A stretch of DNA of 64,000 bases from Hypanus sabinus (Eukaryota): positions 103,044,001-103,108,000 of the forward strand of contig NC_082709.1 of the NCBI RefSeq assembly GCF_030144855.1, written 5' to 3'. The notes beneath the pieces are model-generated. The model was not told the DNA's origin. It worked only from the letters and a program-made list of their open reading frames with translations, and searched no databases. Positions 25,259-36,622 of this stretch are shown in pieces (the first letter of the stretch is position 1; every line of letters starts with the position of its first letter). The position numbers were made by a program, and so were the translations under genes.

Positions 25259-26025
25259 GAATAAGCCTTCAAATATGAACTGGAATTTGTTCTAATTTTA
25301 AAACATTTAAGGTTTTATTTTATATTGCTTTGGTTGTTTTTATTCTATTCTTATCTTTTTTTCAGGTAAATTTTGTTATATCTAATCAAAATTTGTCTAA
25401 GTTGGTCTATTTTTAAGAATTAGAGATATTTTGTTCAGGATTTCATAAGAAAGTTTCTTTTTAGTTTTACAAATATGTTAACCTGCTTATAATCCTTGTG
25501 GATCCTCAAATGATGGATTACATGGGCTATATTATAATTAAGCTAGGTTTGAAAGTAAATCTACAGTGTCTATAAAGAGTATTCACCCCTCTTGGAAGTT
25601 TTCATGTTTTATCATTTTACAACATTGAATCACGGTTGAATTTGGCTTTTTTGACATTGATCAACAGAAAAAGACTCATGTGTGAAAGTGAAAACAGATC
25701 TCTACAAAGTGATCTAACTTAATTACAAATATAAAACACAAAATTAACTATTCACTAACTGATTAACTATTCACCCCCTTTAATATGACATATCAAATCA
25801 TTACTGATGTAGCCAACTGATTTTAGAAGCCACAAAATTAGTTAAATGGTGTTCAGCTTTTGAAGATCTATGTGCAGTCAAGCTGTTTTGATTGATTGTA
25901 GTAAAAATACACCTATATATGGAAGGACCAACTGCTAGTAAGTCAGTTTTCTGGCAAAAATTACACCATGAATACAAAAAAAACACATCAAGTGACTCCA
26001 CAAAAAAGTTAGACCAAAATACTGC

Positions 26026-28757
26026 AAGACATAGGAGCAGAATTAGGCCATTCAGACCATCAAGTCTTGTCCGTCATTCTGTCATGGCTGATCCTGGATC
26101 TCACTCAATCCCTTACTCTTGCCTTCTTGCATATCCTTTGATGACCTGACCAATCAGAAACTATCAACTTCTACTTTAAATATACCCACAGACTTGGCCC
26201 CCACTGCAGTCTGTGGCAGAACATTCCATAGATTCACTACTCTCTGGTCAAAAAAAATTCCTCCTTATCCCTCTTCTAAAAGGTCGCCCCTCAATTTTGA
26301 GGCTGTGCCGTCTAGATCTTGATACCCCCACCACAGGAAACATCCTCTCCAAACCCACCCTATCTAAATCCTTTCAATTTTCAGTAGGTTTCAATGAAAT
26401 ACCCCGCAGTCTTCTAAATTCAGGTGAGTACAGACGCAAAGCTGCCAAACACTCCTCGTATGTTAACCCCTTCATTCCTGGAATAATCCTCATGAACCTT
26501 CTCTGGACTCTCTCCAAAAACAATACATCCTTTCTGAGATATGAGGCCCAAAACTGTTGTCAGTACTCCAACTGTGGTCTGACTAGTGTCTTATAAAGCT
26601 TCAGCAATATTTCCTAGCTTTTATATTCTATTCTCCTTGAAATAAATGCCAACATGACATTTGCCTTCTCTACCACAGACTCAGCCTATAAGTTAACCTC
26701 CTGGGAGACTTGCACAAGGACAAGTCCCTTTGTACCTCTGATGTTTGAATTTTCTCCCCATTTAGATAGTAGTCTGCATTATTGTTCCTTTTACTAAAAT
26801 GCATTCCCAGCACTGTATTCCATCTGTCAAGTTCTGGACCATTCTTCCAATTTGTCTAAGTCCTGCTGCAATCTCATTTCTTCCTCAGCACTACCTACCC
26901 CTCCATCTATCTTCATATCAGTCACAAAATTTGCCAGAAAGCTATCAATATTATCTAAATCATTGACAAACAACGTGAAAGCTAGCAATCCCAATACTGA
27001 CCCCTAAGAAACACCATTATTCACTGGCAGCCAACCAGAAAGGCCCACTTTATTCCTACTCACTGCCTGCTGCCTGTCAGCCATTCCTCTATCCTTGCCA
27101 GTATCTTTCCTATAATGCCATGGTATTTTATCTTGTTAAGCAGCCTGATGTGTGGCACCTTATCAAATGCCTTCTGAAAATCCAAGTAAATGACATCCAC
27201 TGCTTCTCCTTTGTCCACCCTGCTTGTTACTTCCTTAAAGAACTCTTACAGATTTGTCAGGCAAGATTTGCCTTTACAAAAAAATATGCTGACTTTGACT
27301 CCAAGTAGTCTCCAAGTACTCTGAAACAGCCTTAATAATGGACTCCAAAACTTAGTTTGTCATTGGTCTCCAAATACCTTGAAACCTCCTCCTTAATACT
27401 AGACTCCAACACTTTCCCAACCACTGAGGTTAGGCTAACTGGCCTAAAATTTCCTTTCTTTTGCCTTCCTCCCTTCTTAAAGAGTGGAGTGACCTTTGCA
27501 ATCTTCCGGTCCTCCATGACCATGCCAGAGTCAAGTGATTCTTCGAAGATCATAACCAATGCATCCGTGATCTCTTCAGCAAACTCTCAGGACTCTAGGA
27601 TGTAGTCCATCTGGTTCAGGTGACCTATCCATCTTAAGACATTTGAGCTTTCCAGCACTTTTTCCTTTGTAATAGCAATGGCACTCACTCCTGCTCCCTG
27701 ACACTCACAGACCTCTGACACACAGCTAGTGTTTTCCACAGTGAAGACTGATGCAAAGTGTCCATTAAGTTCATCTGCCATTTCTTTGTCCCGCATTACT
27801 GCCTCACCAGCATCATTTTCCAGTGGTCCAATATCAACTCTCACGTCTCTTTTTACTCTTTATATAACTGAATAACTGTTCGTATCCTGCTTTATATTAT
27901 TGGCTAGTTTGCCCTCATAGTTCATCTTTTCTCTTCTTATAGCCTTTTTAGTTGCTTTTTGTTGGATTTTAAAAGCTTCCTGATCATCCAATTTCCCACT
28001 CACTTTTGCTGCCTTATATGCCCTATCCTTGGCTTTTATGCAGTCCCTAACTTCCCTTGTCAACCACAGTTGCCTACCCCTGCCATGTGAGAACCTCTTG
28101 TGTGGGACATATCTGTCCTACACCTTGTGAACAGAGGCAAGGCCACTGTTACTTCTCACAGGTAGGTCACCCCCACAACAGTACTCAAAATGGAGTACTT
28201 ATTGTTGAGGGGGAATGGCTATGGGGTGCCCTACATATCTGATATTCTCTCTTAACTCTCCTGACAGTCACCCATTTATCTGTCTCCTGTACTGTTGTGG
28301 TGACTACCTCTCTGCAACTCCTTTCTAACTCTTCTTTAGTTTCCCTAACAAGCCGAAGGTCATGGAGCCTTGGCTTCAGTTCCCTAACACGGTCTCTAAG
28401 GAGCTGTATCTTGATGCACCTGGTGCAGACGTGGCCATTGAGGGGGCTGGTAGTCTCCTGGATATTCCAAATCTGACACCCAGGACAGAACACTGGCCCT
28501 GTAGACATACCCCCGTTCTCTCAAAAGTTAATTAAGAAATGAAGCATGAACATACCTACTTGCCTTGCCATTGTCTGTTTTCGCCAAACCCCTGTTGAGC
28601 CAAAGCCTTACCACTTTGACTCAGGCCACTCCCATGATGACTGCTCTGCTAAGTGGTGCCCCTCTTTTATGGAGACTAGGTTTTTAAAGCACTTTGCTGG
28701 ACTTGCACAGGAACGCTTCTCCTGCATCTGTGCAGTGCTCCAATCTAAAACATTTTC
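26026..28757 (-). mobile_element. CR1 LINE with 5'UTR, ORF1 N-terminus and internally deleted ORF2, nested in Tc1
   Basis: ORF1 Cys-rich and coiled-coil region MSTGPVFCPGCQIW..CTRC..LLRDRVREL; RT motifs GNFRPVSLTSVVGK. Confidence 0.9.
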
Positions 28758-28805
28758 AAAGGTTATTGAAAAGCTCAAATCAGGAGATGGATACAAGAAA
28801 ATTTC

Positions 28806-29787
28806 CATAGAACCATAGAACACTACAGCACAGTACAGGCCCTTCAGCCTTCCATGTTGTGCTGACCCATATAATCCTTAAAAAAAGTACTAAACCCACA
28901 CTACCCCATAACCCTCCATTTTTCTTTCATCCATGTGCCCGTCCAAGAGGCTCTTAAATACCCCTAATGTTTTAGCCTCCACCACCATCCCTGGTAAGTC
29001 ATTCCAGGCACCCACAACCCTTTGTGTAAAAAAACTTACCCCTGATGTCTCCCCTAAATTTCCCTCCCTTAATTTTGTACATATGCCCTCTGGTGTTTGC
29101 TATTGGTGCCCTGGGAAACAGGTACCGACTATCCACCCTATCTATGCCTCTCATAATCCTGTAGACCTCTATCAAGTGCTCTCTCATTTTCCAGTGCTCC
29201 AAAGAGAAAAGTCACAGCTCTGCTAACCTTGCTTCATATGACTTGTTCTCCGAACTAGGCAACATCCTGGTAAATCTTCTCTGCACCCTCTCCATAGCTT
29301 CCACATCCTTCCTATAATGAGGTGACCAGAATTGAACCAATACTCTAAGTGTGGTCTCACCAGAGATTTGTAGAGTTGCAACATGACCTCTCTACTCTTG
29401 AACTCAATCCCCTTTTTAATGAAGCCTAGCATCCCATAGGCCTTCTTAACTACCCTATCAACCTGTGCAGTGACCTTGAGGGATGTATGGATTTGAAACC
29501 CAAGGTCCCTTTGTTCATCCACACTCTTAAGTATCTGACCATTAATCCTGTACTCAGTCTTCTGGTTTGTCCTTCCAAAATGCATCACCTCACACTTTTC
29601 CGGATTGAACTCCATCTGCCATTTCTCTGCTCAACCCTGCAACCTGTCTATATCCTCTTGTAACCTTCGACAACCTACAGTTCCATCTACAACTCCTCCA
29701 ATCTTCTTGTCATCCGCAAAGTTACTCACCCATCCTTTCGCCTCTACATCCAGGTCATTTATAAAACCACAAACAGATCCCTGGGGC
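28806..29787 (-). mobile_element. 5'-truncated CR1 LINE nested in Tc1
   Basis: MEFNPEKCEVMHFG..LVRPHLEY; tail TTCTATGGTTCTATG. Confidence 0.92.
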
Positions 29788-30076
29788 ACTGAATATCCTT
29801 TGGAGTACAGTTAAGTCAATCATCCAAGAAATGGAAAGAACATGGCACAGCTGTAAATCTGCCTAGAGCAGGCCATCCTCAAAAATTGAGTGACCATGCA
29901 AAAAAGGGGATTAGTGAGGCAGGCCACCTAGAGACCTATGACAACTCTACAGGAGTTACAAGTTTCAGAGTCTGAGATGGGAGAGACTGTGCATACAACT
30001 GTTGCCCGAGTGCTTCACCAGTTGCCGTTTTATGGGAGAGTGGCAAAGGGAAAGCAACTGTTGAAAAACTCTCATG

Positions 30077-30195
30077 AAATGGAGAGTATACGGAGGAATT
30101 TAAGGTGGGGAGATATATGGGAGGCAGGGTTTAAGGGTTGGCACAACATTGTGGGCCGAAGGGCCTGTACTGTGCTGTACTATTCTATGTTCTCT
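30077..30195 (+). mobile_element. Short CR1 3'-end insertion inside the Tc1 transposase
   Basis: Near-identical to 40420-40520, including the CACAACATTGTG GGCCGAAGGGCC hairpin and tail. Confidence 0.85.
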
Positions 30196-30990
30196 TTTCT
30201 AAATCTCAATTAGAAAGGCGTGAAAAGCTTTGAAGTCAGCTGGAAGAAGGTTCTATTGTCTGATGAAACCAAACTTGAGTTTTTTGGCCATCAGATTGAA
30301 AGTTATATTTGGCATAAACCGAACACCACACATCATCAAACACACAGTATCCCTACTGTGATGCATGGTGGTGGCTGCATCACGCTGTGGGAGTGCTTCA
30401 CTGCATCAAGCTCTGGAAAGCTTGTGAAGGTAGAGAATAAATGTATGCAGAAAAATACAGGGAAATCCTGGAGGAAATCCTGATGTAGTCTGCAAGAGAA
30501 CTGCGACTTGGGAGAGGATTTATTTTCCAGCAAGACAATGACCCTAAGCATAAAGCCAAAGCTATATAGGAATGGTTTAAAAACAACAAAGTTAATGTCC
30601 TGGAGTGGCCAAATCAGAGTTCAGACCTCAATCCAATTCAGAATTTGTGGCTGGACTTGAAAAGGGCTGTTCACTCACAATCTCCTGCAATATGAATGAG
30701 CCTGAGCAGTGTTATAAAGAAGAATGGGGAAAAAATTACAGTGTTTAGATATGCAAACCTGATAGAAACCTATCCACATAAACCCAAGGCTATAATTGCT
30801 GCCAAATGTGAATCTATTAAATACTGACTTGAAAGGGGTGAATACTTAACGCAATCAATTATTTTGTGTTTTATATTTGTAATTAATTTAGATCGCTTTG
30901 TAGATATCTGTTTTCACTTTCACATGCGAGTCTTTTTCTGTTGATCAGTGCCAAAAAAGCCAAATTATGTCCATTATGATTCAATATTTT

Positions 30991-31636
30991 CTTTCTTTCT
31001 TTTTCAATCTTTTTATTAAATTTCATATAAAAAAAACAACACATGATAATGAATAGATTACAAATTCAATAAACTTGAAATTACATTAGTAATAGGATAA
31101 TAATATCCTATTAAACATCAATCAACAAAAGGTACATAAATCAATCAAGTCTATATAAATATATATGAAAAAAAAAACAAAAATAATCATCAAAAAAGAA
31201 AAAAAGAAAATTTGAAATTATATATGAGAAAATATATATTGAAAAAAAATACTAAACTAAACTAACATGGGCAATAATAGCACTTTATAAATATATGAAG
31301 GTGTCAAGAAAAGAACTCCGGAACTCCATACCTGAACAAGGATAAGTAGAGAAAAGGATCTGAAATAGGCCAAATTAATTCATATGAAAGTGTCGAATAA
31401 ATGGTCCCCAGGTTTCTTCAAATTTAATTGAAGAATCAAAGATAGTGCTTCTAATTTTTTCCAAACTCAGATAGGAAATAGTTTGGGAGAACCACTGAAA
31501 TGTAGTAGGAGGATTTACTTCTTTCCAGTTTTGTAATATAGACCTTCTGGCAATTAATGTTACAAAGGCAATCATTCGTCTGATTGAAGGGGAAAGCTGA
31601 TTGCCATCTTCATTTGGTATACCGAAAATTGCAGTA
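30991..31636 (-). mobile_element. L1-like LINE 3' fragment inserted in the right IR of Tc1, with 15-bp TSD
   Basis: Encodes MIAFVTLIARRSILQNWK..LSLEKIR..FEETWGPF. AATAAA followed by a (GAAA)n tail. TSD ATGATTCAATATTTT at 30976-30990 and 31637-31651. Confidence 0.9.
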
Positions 31637-32192
31637 ATGATTCAATATTTTAAAACAATGAAACATGAAAACTTCCAAGGAGGGTGGGGGTTAATACTTT
31701 TTATAGGCATTGTATCTCTACCTTTCTAAGCTTGGATTCAAGTTCGTTATATTCTAGGTAAAGGGCAAAATTGATCACATCATATTTCTTGTCTAGTTGT
31801 AGAAAATTCAGGACATTGAAGAGATGTTTTAAATTTCCCTTGACTCTAAGTTTTCCAATAGGAACTTTAAGTTTGACAGACAAGAGTAATCTTTGGTTCA
31901 CTTTGTTATCTCATCTACTGGTTCAGAATTGTTCATTTTGTTTGAGGTGGTGGTGGGAAGGAATCTGAGTGTTACATCATCACTGACTAACTGGACTCTG
32001 GCAACTTGCTCTTGTTTGTTAGTGACACTTTATTTACTGGTGCATAAGAACAGCTCAGTCCCTCTCACTGAATTGTTATGAAGTTACAGCTCAAGATTGT
32101 TCATTTTTATACAGATATTGATTCAATAGACACGTTGTGCATCTTCAAATTTATTATTCCCATATTTAACTATAAATATAATACATTTCAGA

Positions 32193-32475
32193 TGTTAAGA
32201 AAATTCAAACGTATGCGTCAATGGCCAATAATACGAGAACTAGTGAAATAACTGTCTAATAACTAATAAGTGTCATCGAGCTGTCACCCACTTTTTATCT
32301 TGTCTGCGTATGTTCGGAGGCCTTGGTTCTCAGGCTTTCAACAGAGAAGTCATGCAAAGAGGAGCTAGGTTCTCAAGTTTCGAGTTTTGTTTGGGTAGCC
32401 ATGTTGAGCTAGATAACCTTGCAATTTCTGCACTCTGCCTCTGTCTCACAATCTCTTAGCCCTTGCTGTGATACA
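32193..32475 (-). mobile_element. Probable 3' LTR of the ERV
   Basis: Preceded by purine tract AAAATGGGGGAGTAGG; starts TG, ends AACA, and has an internal TATA-like GATAAAAAG. Lies just downstream of env. Confidence 0.6.
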
Positions 32476-32549
32476 ATTGCCTACTCCCCCATTTTGGACT
32501 GGCTGAGGCTCACAAAGCCTCCCAAATGACGCCATCAGGTGAGAACGGC

Positions 32550-33335
32550 TGTTGGACCACAATGGAAGTCTTTGCTCTTTGGGCCATTACTCCACAGAGT
32601 GATTTCAGACAAGAACAAATATCACAACTAGCTGTAATATGGTCCCCAATGCCCACTGTAGATTGGAACTGCCCTGACCAATGTGAAGCCAGCTAAAGGA
32701 TTCCCAAGGTGAAGATGGCACCCATGTAACTCCTGCCGAACCTTTCTGACTTTGTCAGCTTCCAACTGAATATGTACAGCCAAATGAGTGGTATTTTTTG
32801 GATTTATCAGAGATTATGCGCAACCATCCTGGACGATAATGGCACAATACCACTTTGCTCCGGTATTGGGTAATCTAATGCTTTCTGATCTGGAAAGCCA
32901 CAGTAGGCATCTTTAATGGCCTGGCTGGTGTCATGTAATGCTAGGGCCAGCTCCAATGCCAAGGCTGTATTGATGCCTCATGAGCTAATCTGGCAGGTCC
33001 CCAGAACAGGGACACTATTTTCTAGAATTGCTCAGATTCCGTAATAGTCCTTCAAAGGCAATCCCACACAATTGAATGTAGGGAGAGTGATGCTGATGGT
33101 ACCCCCAACAATCAATGGTGGGCCTTGTGGCCACACATCCACTAGGCACCATTGACAGGGTTTGAAGGGTAGTATGAACATTGTACATATTGTTTTCCAA
33201 TTCTAATCCCAGTCCATGATCATTGCAATAATAGACCTCAGCCTGAGTTTCATGAAACAGCTTAAGAGATGAGGTTTGTGTAACCCATCAATGAAAGGCT
33301 GATACCATTCCTTAAAGCAGATGCATAGACAAGAT
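32550..33335 (-). pseudogene. Degraded endogenous retrovirus env (SU C-terminus and TM subunit, gamma-type)
   Basis: Manual translation across frameshifts gives NGA*WMCGHKA; CL*R|TITESEQF*KIVSLFWGPARLAHE; TVAFQ..KALDY..EQSG.CAII...C; SDKS.NTTHLAVHIQLEADKVRKVRQELH; then the hydrophobic WALGTILQLVVIFVLV. Confidence 0.8.
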
Positions 33336-33336
33336 T

Positions 33337-34005
33337 CTACTTTATGACCCTGTCTGCCTGTGCCACCAAATTCAATGAATTATGGAACTGCATTCTCAGA
33401 TCCCTTTGTTCAACTGCGCTCCTCAGTGCCCTGCCATTCACTTTGCAAGACCTGGCCTGGAACGCAAAACACGAGGAAAGCAGCAGATGCTGGAAATTCA
33501 AGCAACACACACAAAATGCAGGTGGAACACAGCAGGCCAGGCAGCATCTATAACGAGAAGCACTGTCGACGTTTCGGGCCAAGACCCTTCGTCAGGACTC
33601 AAAACTTGAGAACGCAAAACTTGGCACTTACCTGCATTAAATTCCTTCTGCCAGTTTTCAGTTCATTTTTCCGGCAGGTTCAGATCCCGCTGCAAGTTCT
33701 GATAGTCTTCCTTGCTACACCCCCAGTCTGGGGGTTATCCACAAACTTACTGGTTCAGTTAACCACATTATCATCCAGATTGTTGATATAGATGACAAAC
33801 AACAACAGACCCATCACTGATCCCTGTGGACTCCACTAGTCACAGGCCTCCAGCCAAAGAAGCGACCATCTACTACCACCCTCTGGCTTCTCCCACAAAT
33901 CCAATGTTTAATCCGCTTTACTACCTCATCGTGAATGCTGAGCGACTGAACCTTGTTGACCAAACTCCCATGCGGGACTTTGTCAAAAGCCTTGTTAAAG
34001 CCCAT
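33337..34005 (-). mobile_element. CR1 RT fragment containing a solo Penelope pLTR insertion (about 33471-33609)
   Basis: FNKAFDKVPHG motif. The insertion is flanked by the 11-bp direct repeat GAACGCAAAAC (33460-33470, 33610-33620). Confidence 0.85.
33564..33599 (-). ncRNA. Minimal type I hammerhead ribozyme
   Basis: AGTC-CTGACGA-A-GGG TCTTGG CCC-GAAA-C-GTC^GAC. Confidence 0.8.
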
Positions 34006-34321
34006 GGAAAGGAGACAGGGGAGGGGGAGAGGGAATTTAAGCATTCTGTAGATCAGTTCATGTTGAGGATAGGGATTATTTTGATTTCTGTACTCCTGTT
34101 ACTTACTGCTGTAGAGATTTGTTTTTTCCTTTTGTATTGCACCTGTGCTAGTTCTAATGAAGTGTTTTCTTGTGGCCCTGAACACGTGTTTGATTGTGAA
34201 TACACATGTTAATACACTGAGCTAAACCAGGAAAGAACACAAATGAATGTTAAAATAATTTTTGTTTACACACATCACGTCATAATTATACTGGCTTATC
34301 AGCAGAATTGGGAAAGGATTG

Positions 34322-35570
34322 TAAACACAAAGTACACTGCAGATGCTGTAGTCAAATCAAGATGTACAAAAATGCTGGATGAACTCAGCAGGTTGGGCAG
34401 CATCTGTTGAAAGGAGCAGTCAACGTTTCGGGTCGAGACCCTTCGTCAGGACTAAAGGAGGAGGGGGCAGGGGCCCAATAAAGAAGGTGGGGGGATGGTG
34501 GAAAACCAATCAGAGGAAATATCAAGGGGTGGGGGAGGGAAAGCAGGGAGGGGATAGGCAGGAGAGGTGAAGAAGGAATATAAGGGGAAAGCATTATGGG
34601 TAGTAGAAGAAGGCAGAGTCATGAGAGGTGATTGGCAGCTAGAAGAGGAGACAGAGTGAAGTTGGGATGGGGGAAAGGGAGATGGAGGGAATTACTGGAA
34701 GTTGGAGAATTCGATGTTCATACCAAGGGGCTGGAGACTACCCAGACGCTATATGAGATGTTGTTCCTCCAACCTGAGTTTGGCCTCGTCATGGCAGTAG
34801 AGGAGGCCATGTATGGACATATCCAAATGGGAATGTGAAGGAGAGTTGAAGTGACTGGCAACCGGGAGATCCTGTCTGTTGTGGCGGACGGAGTAGAGGT
34901 GCTTGACGAAGTAGAGGAGGCCGCACCGGGAGCACTGGATGCAATAGATTACCCCATCAGACTCACAAGTGAAGTGTTGCCTCACCTAGAAGGACTGTTT
35001 GGGACCCTGAATGGTGGCAAGAGAGGAGGTGTAGGGACAGGTGTAGCAGTTACACTTGCAGGGATAAGTGCCAGGTGGGAGATCTGTGGGGAGGGACGTG
35101 TGGACCAGGCAGTCATGGAGGGAACGATCCCTGTGAAAAGCAGAGGGGGGTAGAGAGGGAAAGATGTCCTTAGTGGTGGGGTCCTTTTGAAGGTGGCAGA
35201 AGTTGCGGAGGATAATATGCTGGATCCGGAGACTGGCGGGGTGGTAGGTGAGGACAAGGGGAACACAGTCCCTGTTGTGGTGACGGGAGGATGGGGTGAG
35301 GGCCGAAGTGCGGGAAATGGAGGAGATGTGGGTGAGGGCATCATTGATGACAACAGAAGGAAAACCATAATTCTTAAAGAAAGAGAACATTTGGGATGTC
35401 CTGGAACGGAAAGCCTCATCCTTGGAGCAGATGCAGCGGAGACGGAGGAACTGGGAATAGGGAATAGAATTTTTGCATCTGGGAGGGTTTTATGGGAGTC
35501 AGTGGGTTTATAGAAGATGTCAGTGGACAGTCTAGTGGAGACTGAGAGATCAAGAAAGGGGAGAGAACCA
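34322..35570 (-). mobile_element. Penelope-like element: RT C-terminus, GIY-YIG endonuclease and pLTR (frameshifted)
   Basis: PFLDLSV..LSTDIFYKPTDSH, VPLVLTYHP and GVIYCIQCSRCGLLY motifs. Confidence 0.92.
34417..34453 (-). ncRNA. Minimal type I hammerhead ribozyme (GUU cleavage triplet)
   Basis: AGTC-CTGACGA-A-GGG TCTCGA CCC-GAAA-C-GTT^GACT, with a 4-bp stem I. Confidence 0.78.
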
Positions 35571-36119
35571 AGAGATGGAGAAAGGATTGGCAGCCTGAAC
35601 ATACCAGGGTACCACATGCCCATGACTTGGCTCCAGTACCAACTAGGAAATCGAATTGTCATCCGTTGTAGAAGTGGGAATGTTAGCCAAATGGGTTTCT
35701 TAAAGTAAACTGTATAGTTTGTGGTGCCAGTGGCAGTGAAAGTGGTTACTGGCTATTTGCAAAATTGCCTTGGTGCTGAGGCATCTTTGAGCCCATTGGG
35801 AAGGTTGTCCATAAGCAAAGCACTCCACACACGAATGTCCCACTCTTTCCCCTAACAATCCCATGGGGCTGTCCCCAGAGCAGAGACAATTATCTTATTC
35901 TCATCTCCCCTGATATTTTCACTCTCTTATGTTGTAATTGCCTTTGACAATTTTGTAAGATGCTTACAATTTTAACTCTTCCTCACCTTTTGCATCCCAC
36001 AAAAATGAGTGAACATCCCAGTCTCCCAGATAATCTGGAAGAACACGTATTTGTTAAGATCCTTGTCTGTCCTTTGTACAACACCGTATCTTGCGTCAAT
36101 CCACAGTATGAGTATGAAA

Positions 36120-36370
36120 GCTTTAACAAATTTTAACAAAGGCGAAGGTCTTGCTCTAAGTAAGAACTGGAATTTGATTGTAAACAATGTGAAACAACAG
36201 AAACCTGATTGGATGAGGACTAACCAATCAGGAGGGATGAAGGTGGGGGTATAAATACCACCGGACCAGACATGCCCAGGCGTCATCCTTGATGAAGATG
36301 GCAGAGTTTGTCATTGAAATTTTAGTTAAAGCTGAAACCTGTACAAGGCTGGAAGCCCGAGAAGAGTTTG
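36120..36370 (+). mobile_element. 3' end/pLTR of a second Penelope family with a decayed hammerhead
   Basis: NFNKGEGLALSKNW endonuclease tail, TATAAATA, then CTTGATGAAGATGGCAGAGTTTGTCATTGAAA (mutated CTGATGA..GAAA core with a longer stem II). Confidence 0.6.
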
Positions 36371-36399
36371 TAGTTACTTTGGTTTATTTTGTGATATAA

Positions 36400-36622
36400 T
36401 TGCATCTACATTTTGGGGTGCATCATATTCTGATTCATGTGTAGTTTTAAGTTAACTTTGCTGCTAATTAAAAATGGCATGTCCTGATGCCTTAAATTGG
36501 GCAGTTCACTCTCAGTAGCAGGGAGAGAGAAACTGAGCATCCAAGAGTTCACACTGGGCAGAGTACGGAGCTGTTACTGTGTTTTCTTATGGACATATTT
36601 TTGTAAATACTGGCAGTTTTCT
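36400..36622. repeat. LTR-like repeat, copy 1; homologous to 43760-43990
   Basis: Shared blocks TAATTAAAAATGG.ATGTCCT, CAGTTCACTCTCAGTAGCAG and ATATTTTTGTAAATA.TGGCAGTTTTCTT. Confidence 0.75.

Larger units (their letters stand above)
25564..31712 (+). mobile_element. Tc1 DNA transposon (IR/DR type, about 200-bp inverted repeats) with dead DD34E transposase, interrupted by four retro-insertions
   Basis: Termini TA|CAGTG...CATTG|TA. Transposase pieces: start at about 25968, KVIEKLKSGDGYKKIS (28758-28806), GTAVNLPRAG (about 29840), VLLSDETK, FQQDNDPKH, WPNQSSDLNPIQNLW. Confidence 0.92.
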
